Of a DNA stretch of 64,000 nucleotides, positions 1-14,155 are shown one piece after another. The DNA comes from Selaginella moellendorffii (lineage: Eukaryota > Plantae > Lycopodiophyta). A program made the translations under genes and the position numbers. Each line of letters opens with the position of its first letter. Positions within the stretch are counted from its first letter, which is position 1. The notes below the pieces were generated by a model. The model was not told where the DNA came from and did no database searches. It worked only from the letters and a program-made list of their open reading frames with translations. The stretch spans positions 879,609-943,608 of the forward strand of contig NW_003314326.1 of assembly GCF_000143415.4 (NCBI RefSeq), written 5' to 3'.

Positions 1-139
1 ATCAACTGGCTGAACCACAACACGTGGACAAACCTTATGAAACTTAAAGGCTTGATTCCATTCCACAACTTATTAGTGTCAAACATTTTCACAAAATATT
101 TAATATTTTTTATGTAAAACATGATTAAAAGGTTGCACA

Positions 140-460
140 ATTTTTTTGGTTTGCTTAAGCAAACTTATAGGGGGACTAGGATGGTATTGAATATACCTAG
201 AATATACTTGGATATTCTAGGATATTCTACCATCTAACGGTTGTTATTCATTTAGATTAATTTTGTATTTATAATTTATAAACATGTTTATAATTTATAA
301 ACTTTCTTAAACCTTTTCTAGTATATTCTTTTTAATTCTACCATCTAATGGTTGATATGCAATAAAATTAATCTTGTATATATGAATTACAAACATGCTT
401 ATAATTATAAACTTTATTTGATCAATTAGATTAATAAGTAATAATAACACTAGTATTAAG
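140..460. repeat. AT-rich repeat, left arm of a degenerate long inverted repeat (partner about 4440-4900)
   Basis: The reverse complement of 141-240 (ccgttagatggtagaatatcctagaatatccaagtatattctagg...gcttaagcaaaccaaaa) matches 4811-4900. The reverse complement of 250-455 matches 4441-4625. Confidence 0.7.
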
Positions 461-1178
461 CAAACCAAGCGTTGCTACATGCAACACGTAGCAATTTATT
501 TATCAAACATTCAAAATATGACAGATTGTTACCTCTTATGAAAGGTGCTCCTTGACTAGTTTCTCACCATTAAGTGCCAGCTTTCAGTACAACTCCACTT
601 TTTCCTTAACTTCCCCTGAAATCCTATGTGATCAACAGATGCAAAAGCTGCCACCAAGTCTGCATCAAAATAGGTGCCATATGCGCCTGGCTTTGCAGCC
701 TCCATAAACAGTGATCAACTTTGCTAGGCGGGATAAAAGAAAGATATAGGTCCTTCAATTCAGAAACCATGACCATCCAATACCTCTTCACTTCTACATT
801 AAGCTTAGTGATTCTCATTTATAACCATGCCATTGTACAAATCCTAAGTGCCAAGCTCTTCCACTTCCAGCATTTCCTCATCATCAATATTCAAATCTGC
901 TGGTGTATCTTCCTCATACCCCTGGTTGGTGAGTGTTTTACAAAGTGACACTGGTAGTCACAATAAGCAACCCACGCGCATACTTTGGGTTTGTCTTTGA
1001 TCCTGGTCCAAAAGCTCTTTAACATACTATCCAGCAATGATTCATAAGTTTTTTTTGGTGCATGACAACTCATTAAATTTCAAACCATACATTACAGTCC
1101 AGAGTACGCATATAGTTATAGTTAATTGTATCCGTCATGAAGACATCCCTGAACTCGATGCTTGTTCTCAACCAGCTC

Positions 1179-2600
1179 TCATATCTTGTAGTAGCGAATG
1201 TCCATATGCTTGCTCCTGGCATGGTAACGATCTTCCTTGGTCAGAGCCAGTGCACTCTGATTATCTAAATAGAGGAGGAGTGGACCATCCCCCTCACACA
1301 GCAGATCCTTGGATAGGTGTTGCAACCAAAGGGCTTCTTTAGCAGCTTCAAATAGTGATGAATTCAGCCTCTGTGGAAGACATTGCCTACGACTAGACCA
1401 ACTAACTGAAGCACCATAGAGCATGAATGCATAGCCAGTAGTGGATTGTCGGGTGTCCAAATCACCACCATAATCTGCATTGCAAAAGCCAAGCACTGTA
1501 GAATTTGCAGAAGCCTTGTACCTTAGAGCAAAGTCATGTGTGCCTTGAAGATAGCACAAGATGCGCTTCATCCAATGCTTGGGGCCAGGATTTTCTAAAA
1601 ACATGAGCTATATCAGGCCTTGTAGCAACGGCCAAATAAACCAGGCTCCCGATAGCTTGCTGATAAGGCACACCACTCATTGCTTCACGATCACTTGTGG
1701 ATGATGGAGAGGAAACAACAAAGAGCTTGGTGCCTAGCTCAATAGGTGTTGGCACATATTTGCAATCAGTCAGATTGAACTGGCTGAGCACTTCTCTCAC
1801 ATAGTGTGCATGTGAAAGTGAAATTGTGCTTACTTGACGATCACAAAATACTTGAATACTGAGGTAGAAGTGAACTTCACCCAAATCAATCATCTCAAAC
1901 TCAGCAAAGAGCTTGGACTTGAGAGTGAGCAGCATAGCTAGAGCATTAGCAGCCATTATGCAATTGTCAACATAAAGTGCGACAATCACAAACAGCTTGG
2001 CCACTAAATAGGGGTGCACATTTCCATCAGCAGCACCTTTCGTGTAGCCAAGGGAGCAGAAGAAAGTATCAATCCGCTTATACCAAGCTTAAAGACTCTG
2101 TTTTAAGCCATAGAGGGTACACTTTAGTTTGCAAACTTGATGTTCCGTACCTAGCTCCACAAAGCCAATGTAGATGTCCTCCTCAAGTTTGTTGTTCAAA
2201 AAGGCTGTTTGCACATCCATTTGGTGAAGTTTGAGGTTCCAAGCAGCTATAAGCGTCATGATCATGCAAATAAAAGCTAGCTTCATAACTAAAGAGTAAG
2301 TCTCTATGAAATCCAATCTAGCCACCTGAGTGAAACCTTGTGCCACTTAACATGCCTTGAATTCCTTCATGCTCAAATATTAATTGTAAAAAACTGAGAA
2401 CACCCAATAGGTGTCAATCAAATGACCATCAGTTGGCAGCTCTGTTTTGATAAAGGTGCCCTTCTTCTCATGAGATTGCATCTTATTTTGCATAGCAGCT
2501 AGCCACTTGTCTACATAAGGGCCAAAAAGTGCTTGCCATGCATTATGAAGAATTGAAATTGGTTCAACTACAATAGTGTGAGCAACAAAGCCCACAAAAT
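1179..2600 (-). mobile_element. Degenerate Ty1/copia pol remnant (RT + RNase H)
   Basis: Fragmented ORFs carry copia motifs: AQGFTQ..DFIETYS, HQMDVQTAFLN, LYGLKQ, ALYVDN(D), FEMIDLGE, YQQAIGSLVYLAVATRPDIA, ADYGGDLDTRQSTTGY, DNQSALAL, HARSKHMDIRYY. There are multiple stops and frameshifts. Confidence 0.92.
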
Positions 2601-4439
2601 GAGTTTGGTTGGTTTTATGTCACCTTCAATTAAAGAAGTCAAAAGACTCCAAAGCTTCTAAAGCATGTTGCATTTGTTCTGATGATTCTTTTTCTAGTGG
2701 TTATTAATTCTTCTTGATGTTTTAGAAGATCTTCTTTATAATTAGATAAAAGATTATTACTGATAAATCTAATATCATCATCCTGCTGTGACACAATAGT
2801 AGTCACATCTTGTTCCCCCTTACATTCAATTTTTGATGAATCTACTAAATCAGCCATAGTAAAACTTCTCTGATTGTGAAAAACTTAGGCAAAGAGAGAC
2901 TTTTTTGATGAACACAGCTAATAAACTTATAAGATCACAAATTTTAATAATATCTGTAATAAAAATTATAAACTGTATATGATACTTTTAACCTTATGAC
3001 ATACAGAAACATGACATATAAAAAATAAGTTTCTAGATTCTAGTATATCATGAAATTAATTTGGATTAGACGAAGTCTAACATTAAGGAATTCAAACTAG
3101 AATATACCCAACAAATGCTTACTAGTTGACAAAGCCATTTATTCAACACCTGTTAGATCTCCTCTCCTTCCACTCTAGTGGTGCTTGTTAGAAAAAATTG
3201 ATGTCCACTAATAGATATTTATATAATATATTCACAATCTTGACTTATATTAGTTTTTTATAGTTTCTTTAGAATGTGTCAAGCTCTACTGATGACAAAT
3301 CCAGAAAGTTGAGAGCTCAGATTGTTCTTGTTCTTTCTATCTCAAAATCCACCTTTCGAAAAACAAAAATGTTGAAATAAAACATTCAATGATTTTACCA
3401 AAGAAAAGTCTACTATACTTGCTCTAGTTCTCCTATAAGACCCTATGCCAGAATAAATGTTGTTTAAAACAATTAAGAAATAAAAAGGACTTCTCATCAG
3501 ACATTTATGAGCACATCATGTATTTTAGCATCGCTTCTCCATTTGAAAGAAAGTAATTCACTTGCTTGCATCCTTGTACCTGTTCCCCAATGATTCTCTA
3601 ACCAATTCACACAAAACTAGAAGCTGAAACACCCTTAGTTGTGTTAGCTTCTCTCCACCAAGGTTTGCTAATCTACTAATCTCCCCTTGATTTTTATCAC
3701 ATGACCTGCTCACATTCCCCTAGCAATGCTACTTTAACCCAAACCAAAGGGTTGAATAAGGAGTGCACACTTCTGTCTTCTCTTGCCTCATCCAATAGCA
3801 AACAAAGGTGTGTTGCCATGCTATTGGATGCCAATACGTCATCCTGATTTTTTTTCAAACCATAGCACCTAAAAATTGCTTAGCAAATAATGATTAGTTG
3901 ACAAAGCCTTGGGGTCCCAAAGATGAATATGTTTCTAAGAGCTAACCTCACCAACTTAGAAATCTATAGTATCATAAATTTCGTGCACCATAAATGGGAA
4001 CTCAAACCTTTTTATCACATCCTTTGAGACTGAAAGATTAATTACTTTCAAAAATACTCTTACAAAATCCATGTCTGAAAGATAAAACATGTTAACACAA
4101 AAACTTGTTAGGACAAAGTTTACAATGCCTCCACTTTTACTTCATGAAGTTGAAGTTCTTGGACAATGCATAGTTCAAACAAAAAATGATTAAGTTAAAG
4201 TAAATTATAAATGAAGTGAATTTTTAACACAAACTTTCGCTTTCCCTTCCATTCTAGGTTGAGCTTAACTATCATTGAGAACATCATTTAAACCTAGAGA
4301 TGCAATAACAATTGTGATTGTTGGGAAGAGAGAATAGATATAAACAGAGTCTATGCTTTAAATCAGAGAAAATTATCAAAGGCCTTCAAATTTTTTATAT
4401 TTAACTTAATTGTAAATAATTTTTTCTGCATTGAAAACA

Positions 4440-4900
4440 GTAGTGCTTATTATTTATTAATCTAAATGATTAATTAATTATAATTAATAATAATTTATTA
4501 ATTAATTTATAAGCACAAGATTAATCTTCTTATATATCAACTATTACATGGTAGAATAAACTAAAATACACTAAGAAGTGTTTAATAAATTATAAACATA
4601 TTTATAAATTATAAATACAAGATTACATGAGGACTATTTATGGTCTGTTATATGACCATCCACAGCCATGTGCTGAGTTTTGTGACCAAAATCTAGAATT
4701 TCTTAAATTCATTAGCTTGTTCAGAATTTAGTAGCAAAAACACCATAACTCATTTGGATGGGATAAGAGTTTTAGCAGAGAATAAAAGCCAAACTCTCTT
4801 CTTAAAGTGATCCATTAGATTGGTAAAATATCCCAGAATATACAAGTATATTTTAGATATATTCTAAAACCTTTTACAAGCTTGCTTAATCAAACCAAAA
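4440..4900. repeat. Right arm of the degenerate long inverted repeat (partner 140-460), with an extra segment of about 180 bp at 4630-4810
   Basis: Reverse-complement similarity to 140-460, read by eye. Confidence 0.7.
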
Positions 4901-5570
4901 GGCCCCAATTTTGTATAAAAGCCCTGTGAAGTTTTAGATAAGCCCCCTATATTATATTTATAACTAGAAATCGATAGAAAAGTTATAAGTAACTTCAAAC
5001 TAATCATCAATACTTTTTGGAGCTACATTTGATTTATCCTCCACTTATTACTTCAAGCAATGTTAATCATTAATGCATCCTTGTTTCCCAAATATTTCAT
5101 CTCACCATATGAATGCTAAACCATCTCAAACCTATTGTGGGCTTGGAGATTGTTAATTGTTCACGAATAAAGCTCCTTTCAAAGTAACATATAGAACCAA
5201 GTGAACAAAGGTGTGTTCCATTCTCTTACAGCAACAACATCTGGAAATGTCTTGGGACCAAACATCTACTCCTGAAATGTGTTCAGACTAGTGTCGTGAG
5301 CTGTAAGAAAACTGTGGATTAAACCTAAATTTAATCTTCAAGTAAACTACACTCTCGGAAATGCACTGTCAATTCTAGGGTTACCAAGGAGTACTGAGGC
5401 ATAGATTGGAGTGAGGATGTAAGTTTCAATGTTTAGCTTGACTTTTCTGTTTTGTGTTCCAGCTTAGTCCCAAGGCTAATAGGAGCTGCAAGACTCCATG
5501 GCCAAGTGGACAGGACATAATAATCATGGACAGGACATTGGGTGAGGAAAGATCCAGCGAAATGTCAAGT

Positions 5571-6401
5571 GGAGCCATTCGCACTTGCTCTTTATTCTTG
5601 AAATGTGTTAAATTTAAGTGATGAATACATTCGCACTATGTTTTAAAATAAAGTAAATTACTTTACATTAAAATTTAGGATATTTTTTTTAAACATTTTG
5701 ATTCGCACATAGTGTTAACTTTAACACAATGTTTTCACTTTTTAAAACATTCAGACTGATTTTAAAAGATGGGTGGGGGGGGGGGGGTTCTTTTAAACTT
5801 AAAATATTTTTAAAAGGAATCTCTATGATTCCTTGAAGATTCCAGTGCCCTGATTAGGGCATTTCAGTTTTTTGCCGCAAGCTGCCATGAGGTTAGGCAT
5901 TTTATGGTGGGGGAGCCAACAGCAATCATTGCCCTAGGGTTAGATCATGTTGGGGATTTGGTGGAGGAAGGAGGAGTAGCTGATTTTGGGGAAGGAGGAG
6001 CTGTAGGCTTTGACGAGGAGATGGTGTGGGTTTGGGGCAGTGGCATCTAGTGAAGAGCAACTGTGGTGGAGGAGCATTTGGGGCTGGAAGACGAGCACTA
6101 GGTCCAGCTGTCGCTCGAGGAGGTAGGCTGCCTTGGGGCTAAGGCCGTGGAGATGCCGATTTCTTGAATCTTGGACATATTCAAATGCTCTTTTGAAGAC
6201 ATTTTAAAGTAAGTCAGGTGTGAAGTCACTAGTGTTTTACGTTAAATTTTTACCACAAAAACTTTTGCAGGTGGGACTTAAATCTTAAAACAACCTAAAA
6301 ATTACTAATGCAACAATCACAAAAATCAAAATACACATTTTAAAATATTTTTATATAAAGCGCAAGTGTGAATGGAGCCATTCGCACTTGCGAATGGCTC
6401 C
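5571..6401. mobile_element. Putative non-autonomous TIR DNA element (MITE-like)
   Basis: Left end GGAGCCATTCGCACTTG at 5571-5587. Inverted copies taaagcgcaagtgtgaatgg (6356-6375) and tgcgaatggctcc (6389-6401). No clear TSD. Confidence 0.5.
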
Positions 6402-7284
6402 AAATCATAAATCATCCAAATGGCTCCAAATCACAAATCATAATAGTTTATGATTTGTTTTAAATTCCAAGCCTAGCTTTGTTAACCACCCAACATTCTG
6501 CTCTAGTTATGCAATACTAGTCATAAAATATTTTCTGTTCTGCCAGACCAGGTGAGAATCAATGGTCCACGAGGAAGGAGTTAAGAATCAATGGCCCTGA
6601 GTGACGATTGAATGAGGGCTTTTATTTCATTTCCATGCATTCCCCGCCCTCTCTACTGTAAGTAGGGTTTTCATCGTTGCCTGCGCGATGTGCCAGAGAG
6701 TGAAAGCGCCCCGCGGCCCTTCAATGGCACTGCGATTGCTCCACCACTGCAAAGCTGTGGCGCCTTGTTGGCGCTGGCGGAGGACGCGGCCAAAGAGCTT
6801 CAATGTGGCGCAGAGGCATTGTGGTCGGATCCAGGTGCGCCCTAGCCTCGTGGATTTTGGAGTCGAATGCAAGCAATTCATCTCGTGTTTGTGGCATTGA
6901 CAGGCAAGGACTGGTGCTCTTGAGATTAAATTGAGGAGCTCTTGCTTTTTCGCCTTTGCAGATCTCTGGTTGGAAGTTGGGACCGAGAAAAGGCTGGCTG
7001 GTTGGTGAGAAAGGAAAATCTTTTGGAAGGCTGCATTGGCATCTCTTCTCCTGGTAGGTTGTACGTTGGTTGTGTGCTTTGATTCTAGGAAACATAGCTA
7101 GGAGGTGTTGTGGTGTTTCTTACTCTCCGATTGAGCTGAGTTTTTTTTTCTCTCTCGTGTTCTCGCAACACGAAACGATGCAGGACGGTGAGAGTCGACG
7201 AGTACCGCTAGAGAAGGATGCGAAGCTGCGGTATGAGTTCGTAGAGCTGAGGCTTGACAGCTCGAGAGAAACTTATTGGGGAAG

Positions 7285-10200
7285 ATGTTCAATTGCACTA
7301 GGAGGGCGTCCAAGAAGGTCAAGGAGAAAGTGGACTTTAGTATCCATTTTCACGCGACGCAGGTAAGTCTTTTGTTTCCGCTCTTCGTGAATTTCTCATG
7401 TCTATTGTAGATTCATACGGCATGGGATAAGCTGGCTGTGTCCCTTGTCTCCTTGGATTCTGGAAAAGTGACTGGGAAAACTCGCAAAGCTTCTGTTCGA
7501 AATGGTCAGTGTCATTGGCCAGATGCAGTTTTGGAAACTGCCAAGCTTATACTGGACATGAAGACGCATATGTATGACGAGAAACTATACAAGTTCGTCG
7601 TGGCCAAGGTAATTCCTTTGCTTTTCTTAGACGTTCTCACTGGTACTTGATGTTGCAGGGGTTTTCTCGCTCTTGTGTTCTGGGAGAAGTCATTATCAAT
7701 ATAACCGAGTATGTCACCGCCGCTTCCCCAACGTCAGTAACTTTACCCTTGCGGTTCTGCTATGCAGGCACTCTTTTACATGTAAGTTGCTAGATCCCGC
7801 AAAAGAACTCTTCTCACGAAGGGCGCTTGTTGGCTGCAGATTAAAATACAGTGCTTGACTCCTAAATCCATAAATAAGCCGCTTTCATGGATTCACTCTG
7901 GACATGTTTCCGATACCGAAACAGAAATGTATTCTGCATGTGGAACGTCGTTACCATGCACAAACAGCCCCGCTCATTATCTTTGTCGGACGGTACGCAA
8001 CGCTTCTTTTCTTTAGTACTTTGAAGATCTTAAGTTGTGTTGTTTCCTTAAAAATCTGCAGTTCAGTGTGGGAACCCAGTCACCAGTGGCCTCCAGTGCA
8101 ACGGGCGAGTGCAGCCGCGTACTACCGTCATCTCCCACTCAAAATGCAGAGAAGAAGTCAGGGATGATAGCCATTTCGTATATCTCTCTGTCTTCTCCTG
8201 CAAGGGCTGTCACCCCGCCGCCACGGGATAGAGATCATCCGACACGCAAGGATTCCGGGAGGGAACTAGAAAACTGGAAAAACATAGCGGAGGCGTTGAA
8301 GAAGGATTTAGCGGCTCAGAAGCAGGAGCTTGCGAACTTAAAGATGGATGCGGATATTGACAGATCGTCTTACTTGGCGGAACGGAATGTTCTCCACTCA
8401 GAGCTGGAGGATTTAAAGAACCGGAGTGCCGAGCTTACGAAGAGATCTGACTGCAAGGAACACATATACATCATTGACGAGCTCAAGGAGGAGCTGGGGT
8501 TGGAGAGAGACAAGAATACCAGCTTGAACATTCAGCTCCAGAATCTGCGGAAGTCTAATATGGAGCTGCTTTTGGTTGTCCGTGACTTGGAAGACTCGTT
8601 GGAAGAGCACACCAGAGACACAGAGCGCTTGCTGAAGTGCAAAGTGTACAACAATCCTTGCGCAGAGGGCGATGCAACGCTTGAAGGGGAGGAGAGATAC
8701 AGCGAGTACAGCTATGCAGCCGAGACGAAGAATATAGACAAGATCCTCGACCTCAGCAGGAACAATGATCAGCATATGGATGACGAGACTCCAAGGCTTA
8801 AGATGTTTATTTCGGCAGTTTCGGAGGACTTGAGCAACATGAAGGTCGTGCTGGACGAACTTAACAGGCACACACAAGTTGGCGACTGCTATGCGTCCGT
8901 GAAGGAACAGCTTCTTTTCGATTTGAAGGCCCTGGTACAAGGCTCTGAAGATCTTATCGCTGAGCTCCAGAAAGATAGTACCACAGGAGCCAGCGAAATC
9001 ACAAACAGAGGCAAGTCGACGACCGATGGTGAGTCAGAAGAAGTAAAAACTTTGAACGCGAAGATCATGGAGCTCGAGAACTTATCAAAGATGCACCGAG
9101 AACAGGAAGTGTCCAGGCAGCTGAAAATCGATCAGTTGGAGTCACAGTTACTAGAGTTCGTACAGGAGCTGGAACACGTGCAGAAGTCCAACGAGCAGCT
9201 TGAATCGCTCCTAGGCGCCGCGAAAACAGAGAAAGAACACTTGGAACAGATGGTCGAAGATGCTGAGAGCACTGAATCCCTTTCGCAAAGAGTGGCAGAG
9301 CTCGAGGACCAAGTGCAACGCCTGGAAATGGAAAGAGAGGACTACCTGCTGGAACGATGCGTGGGAGAAAATCTCGCAAGGGATCTGTGCAAACGGGTGA
9401 AAAGCATCGTGTCCGGCTCACAAAGTGATTCCGACGAGAAGGAAAAGTTGGACTTCATGTGCCATATGAAGGAGCTGAGACGTTCTTTTTCGCTACTTAT
9501 GATCAACAGGCGAAACTCAGAGGACGAACTTGAAGCTCGCCAGCATGACGACAATGGATCATCACTCGAAGAGGATGAGATGCCATTGACAAACAACGTG
9601 GAGCTTGTGGATCCTGGTGAAGTTCTCAGGCTTCAAGAAGAGCTGGAGAAGAAGGCTGTGGAGCTGGAGGTCTTGGATTCAAAGGTTGTGGAACTTACGG
9701 TGGAGAAGGGCAAAGTTGACGGCATGCTAAGGAGCTATATGGACCAGGTAGAGGCCAGGGAGATCAGGATGGACCAGCTGGAAGCTAAACTAGTGAACTT
9801 TTCCCAGGAACTGAACAGCATGCAGGAATCCAACGAACAGCTTGAGTCGGTTTTGGAAGCAACAAAAGCTGAGAAACAGCGGCTGGAAGTTTTGGTCCAA
9901 GATGCGCACGAAGAGAGTAGGAGAGAATTGCAAGACTCGGAGGCTCTTTTACAAAGAGTGACAGAGCTCGAAGCACACTTGAAGCGCTTGGAAGGGGAAA
10001 AGGAGGCCTACGCCCTCGAAAGAAGCGTGGCTGAAAACCTCGTTCGTGACTTATGCGAGAAGCTACAGGCTGTTACATGCAACGTCGGCAGGGCTGAGTA
10101 CCAAGAGGAGGGCGACTGCAAGTTCATCTCTCATGTCAAGGAGCTGAGGATATCGTTCAGTTCGCTTGCTCAAATGGCACGGCACTCGGAAGGTCGCCTT

Positions 10201-13200
10201 CAAGAACTTCAGTTCACATGCGGCTCGCTGGAAGATAGGCTGGTGAAAGAATACGAGAAAACATTGGGTAGCATCGCGTTCCTGGACGAGCAGTTTGGCC
10301 AGCTTTCGAAGGAGTCGGACCAGCGGATCGAAACTTGCAATCGAGAGCTTGAAGTGCTACTGAGTAAGCTGCAACAGGAGCAAGAAGAGAAAAGATCGCA
10401 AGGTTTCTTAAGGGTGGCGCTCGAGGAGAATTCATGCGAGATCGCATATCTAAGAGACGAGTTACGACGGCTGAAGGAGCAAAACGCGGCCATGATTCGG
10501 GAGAGAGAAGCTTTTAAGGCGGAAATTCAAAGTCTCGAAGCTGAGAGTGTTCAATGGCAATCAACGTTGGAGGAGTTGCAGGAGCAGTTTGAACACTTGC
10601 AAGGTGTTGGACGGACCAAGTCTCAACTGGCAACGACCGAGGAGGCGTTGAAGGCTCTTGTGTCCGAAAACAGAAGCTTGGAGGAGGTGCTGGAGAGAAA
10701 AACTACTCAGCATTGCAAGGACAAAGAAGAATGGCAGAGAAAGCTCGCAGAAATGCAGGAAAAGGTTGGACGACTGGAGGCGTCCACAAGAACAGAGGAA
10801 CAAGAAATTCTCCTGGAGCTTGAGGTGTTGAAGGCCGACTTGGAAAGTACCACGAAAACGTTGATCGGGCTCCGAACAGAGAAAACATCGTTGGACGGGC
10901 AGGTGAACAAGCTTCAGATGGAGGTCGCAGGCCTCACGGGACAAAATGTTTCTACAGAGCTGACGCTGACGAATCTGGAAGCCGAACTTGAGCAGTACAA
11001 GACGTTGATTATCAGCCTGAAAGAGGAGGTTGCAAGTGCTGAAAAGAAACTGCGAGCTGAACGTGATCACCGAGAAGACACTGCGAATAAGTGCATGCGA
11101 CTTACAGGCGAGATTGAAGATTTAAAATGCAAGTTGCTCGAATGCAGCAATTTGGATTGTAAGCTTCTAAGCTTGCAGGAAATGATAGAGGTATGTTCAC
11201 CTTCTTTTACTATAGATGTAACGATCTGATTTTATTTTTATGTTTTGATTTACAGAGCAAGACCTCCTGTTTAGAACTTCACTGGAAGTCGGCACATCAA
11301 GGCTTCCAAGCCAAGGAATCAGTGATATCGGAAACTCTTGGGCACCTGGAGGAAGCTTATAAGCAGACGACGATTTCCTTTGATGCGGTCGTTTCCGAGC
11401 TCGCAAAATGCAAGTGCCTGAATTCCGAGCTTGAGGAGAGCCTCAAGACGCAGACGGAGGCAAAGAAGCGAACAGAGGAAGAAAGCTGGCATTTAAGGAG
11501 GGAATATAAAGCCATGGAAAGCAGATTATCGACGCTGAGTGAGGAAAAAGAAGAAGAGGTTCGTATCCAGCTAGTCGAAGTAAGGAACCTTCAGAGAACA
11601 ATCGCGCAGCTGGAGGTACAACTACGACAACTTAGTTTATCCATGCTCACGTGAGTGCATTGCGTGTAGGATGACATTACGAGGAAGCTGTGCGAACAAA
11701 GAGAAAACAGTGTTTCAATATCGACGCAGACAGATTGTAGCCAGGGGCAAGAGGTACTAGTTTCTATTCACTATTATTTTCTCCTCGTAAACTATGTGGA
11801 AAATAGACAGCAGAAAGGAGCACCGAGAACAGTAACGAAGTTCAGGACATGAAACATGGTCGTCGCAAGTGGAAACAACAACATGACGACCAGGACATAG
11901 AGCTCCGTTCAAAGATTGCATCGTTGGAGGTAAGCTAAAGTCACTGCACGTTTTACATAGCTAACAATGTCTATTCCAGGCCGAGCTTCATTCGAAAGCT
12001 GTCTGTTTAAGCTCAACGCTGGAGAAGTCACAAGAAAGGGAGGCTACGTTGTGTGAAAAGATTGTCCATTTGGAAGCTGCCAAGAGGACCCTTGAAGACG
12101 AAGTCGGCAACCGGCGTGATGAATCTGGACTTATGAAGGCACTAGCAGAAGTGGAAGAATGCAAGCTCGCCAGGGCCAGCCTCGAGAAAACAATCTCTCA
12201 TCTTCAATCACAAGTGGAGAGCGATAAACATCTGCTGGCGGAGAAGGAGTTGGAGTGTGCACTTTTGAAGGAAGAATACGGAAAACTAAAACTTGCAATC
12301 GCCGAGTTGCAAGAAAAGCATGCTACACTGGTGAAGATGGTTGCTTCTCAAGAGGTAAGCCTGTTTTAAAAAATGAAATTTCTGTGCTCTAACCAGGAGG
12401 TACTGTACGTTAGGTGGAAGCTTCTTCAAATTCTCCTGGCTTGGAGCTTTTGAGGTTCGAGTTTCAAGAGAAGGAAGCGTTGCTTTGGAAGAAAATAGAA
12501 TATCTGGAGCTGGCTAATGAGCAGCTCGCTGGTCAACAAGTGGATTCTGGACTGGAGCAACTGAAGAGAGAGGTACGTGTCGAGATGTAATGGTTTTATC
12601 TGATTTATTTATCTGATCGTCGCTGCAGCTCACTCGCTTGCAAAATCACAATTCAGAGCTAATCCGCCGGGAGCATGAGCTAACGTCGAAGCTGAGTGCG
12701 TACGAGCTGTTGCAGCTTGAATTACAGCGTTTGCAAGAGGTCGAGTTCATTCATTCTTTTTCTCTTGCTCTCCTTCGCTTGAAAGCATTTGTCCTGTTTT
12801 TTTTTTTTTTTCTTTTTCCAGGACAACGAGCAGCTAGAGCAGAAGTTTCTGAAACTCAAAGATGCCTCGCTGTGGGGGGACACACTCGAGCGGCTTGTGT
12901 ACCTGGAGACGGAATTGGCCGAGGCATTGGAGGCCAACACCATGTACAAGCTGCAGCTCCAGAGGTAAGGCAAGTTTTCCCGATTGGCTGCTCCAATTGT
13001 CTGCTCTGGATGGATGCAGCGTCTTTGCCAAGAGCGTCTCGGGTGCTGCTGCTCAAGGTACGAGTGAAGTTGAGGGAATCATAGCCAACCTCGTGAGCTT
13101 CAAAAAGCAGACACTGTTCCTCGAGGCAGAGCTCAAGGAGATGCAAGAGAGATACCTGAGCATGAGCATGCGATACGCGGAGATACAGTCGGAGAGGGAG

Positions 13201-13245
13201 GAGCTCGTCATGACTGTTAAAGCGCTGAGATCGTCCAAACAGTGA
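7285..13245 (+). CDS. NT-C2 (EEIG1/EHBP1-type C2) domain, long coiled-coil 'myosin heavy chain-related' protein; multi-exon
   Basis: ATG at 7285. Exon 1 is MFNCTRRASKKVKEKVDFSIHFHATQ, followed by a 48-nt intron (7363-7410). Then WDKLAVSLVSLDSGKVTGKTRKASVRNGQCHW...YKFVV, LGEVIINITEY, LPLRFCYAGTLLH|IKIQCLTPK. A coiled-coil exon of about 3 kb follows. The C-terminus has the family-typical LETELAEALEANTMYKLQL and LEAELKEMQERYLSMSMRYAE. TGA at 13243-13245. Confidence 0.9.
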
Positions 13246-14155
13246 CTTGCGTGTCTGCCTAACTCGTAGGAAGATGTGACGTTACAAGCGATGTAGGTAC
13301 TTTCTTTCTTTGCTTGTTTTTGTGCTGAACCTCACTTTGTGTGGTGGTTTTTGTTTCATCCAGATACGAGAGGATCCTCATCTCTCTGTTTCTTTTGTGG
13401 AGGTTATTATAAATAAGAGAGGTGGTGATGTTGCTTTTCTTGTTCTTGTTCTTGTTGTTGACCATAACTTTTAAAAGACGTTTATGTTCTCGGAACCTTC
13501 GGTGCCGTTACAGATTCAGTGCTTAAGTGTGTTTTTTGATGCGAGCACGGAGCAGAGTGAGAGCAAAGGTCTGCTTTTGTTTCTTTCGTTCTCAAGATTG
13601 TACTAGCTACTGAGGTTTGCTTTTCTTTGTCCGAGCGATCTCATGAGGACACAGGGAATGTATTTTGGGGCCCAGCGGAATCTCCCAAACGGGCTATATA
13701 GCTACTTAAAAATATCTTTACTTCCTATGGACCCCGAGAAAGAGACCACCTCTTGCCAGCCGTCGGGAAAACGTGGCGAACCACACAAGCACAAGGTAGC
13801 GTTGCTACAAAAATCTGGCATATATACTTACTTATATACACAAGACTTGCATTTGCAGTGCCACCTCGCGGGGAAGAATATCTAACGTCAGTGGGAGAAC
13901 GCGTGTCATCAAACGCTGACGACATGGGAAGTGGTTTCCCAGATCTGGATGATTGATGAGAGAGGCGATTAAGTTAACAGCAAGTGGCCGGCTTCTAAGA
14001 TGGAACATTTGATCCTCTGGGAGCAGCAGCGCAGTGAAAAACCCAGGAGTTGGATGAACAGTGAACTGGGATTTAAGGAGGACAAGTGAGCTATGATGAT
14101 ATACAATTCCACGATCTAAGAGTCAGTCAAATATTTGAGGATTAGAGGAGTTCCG

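Noticed and set aside
13640-14090. Exon-like fragments with splice-like sites between the NT-C2 and senescence genes
   Set aside because: No recognisable protein and no consistent model.
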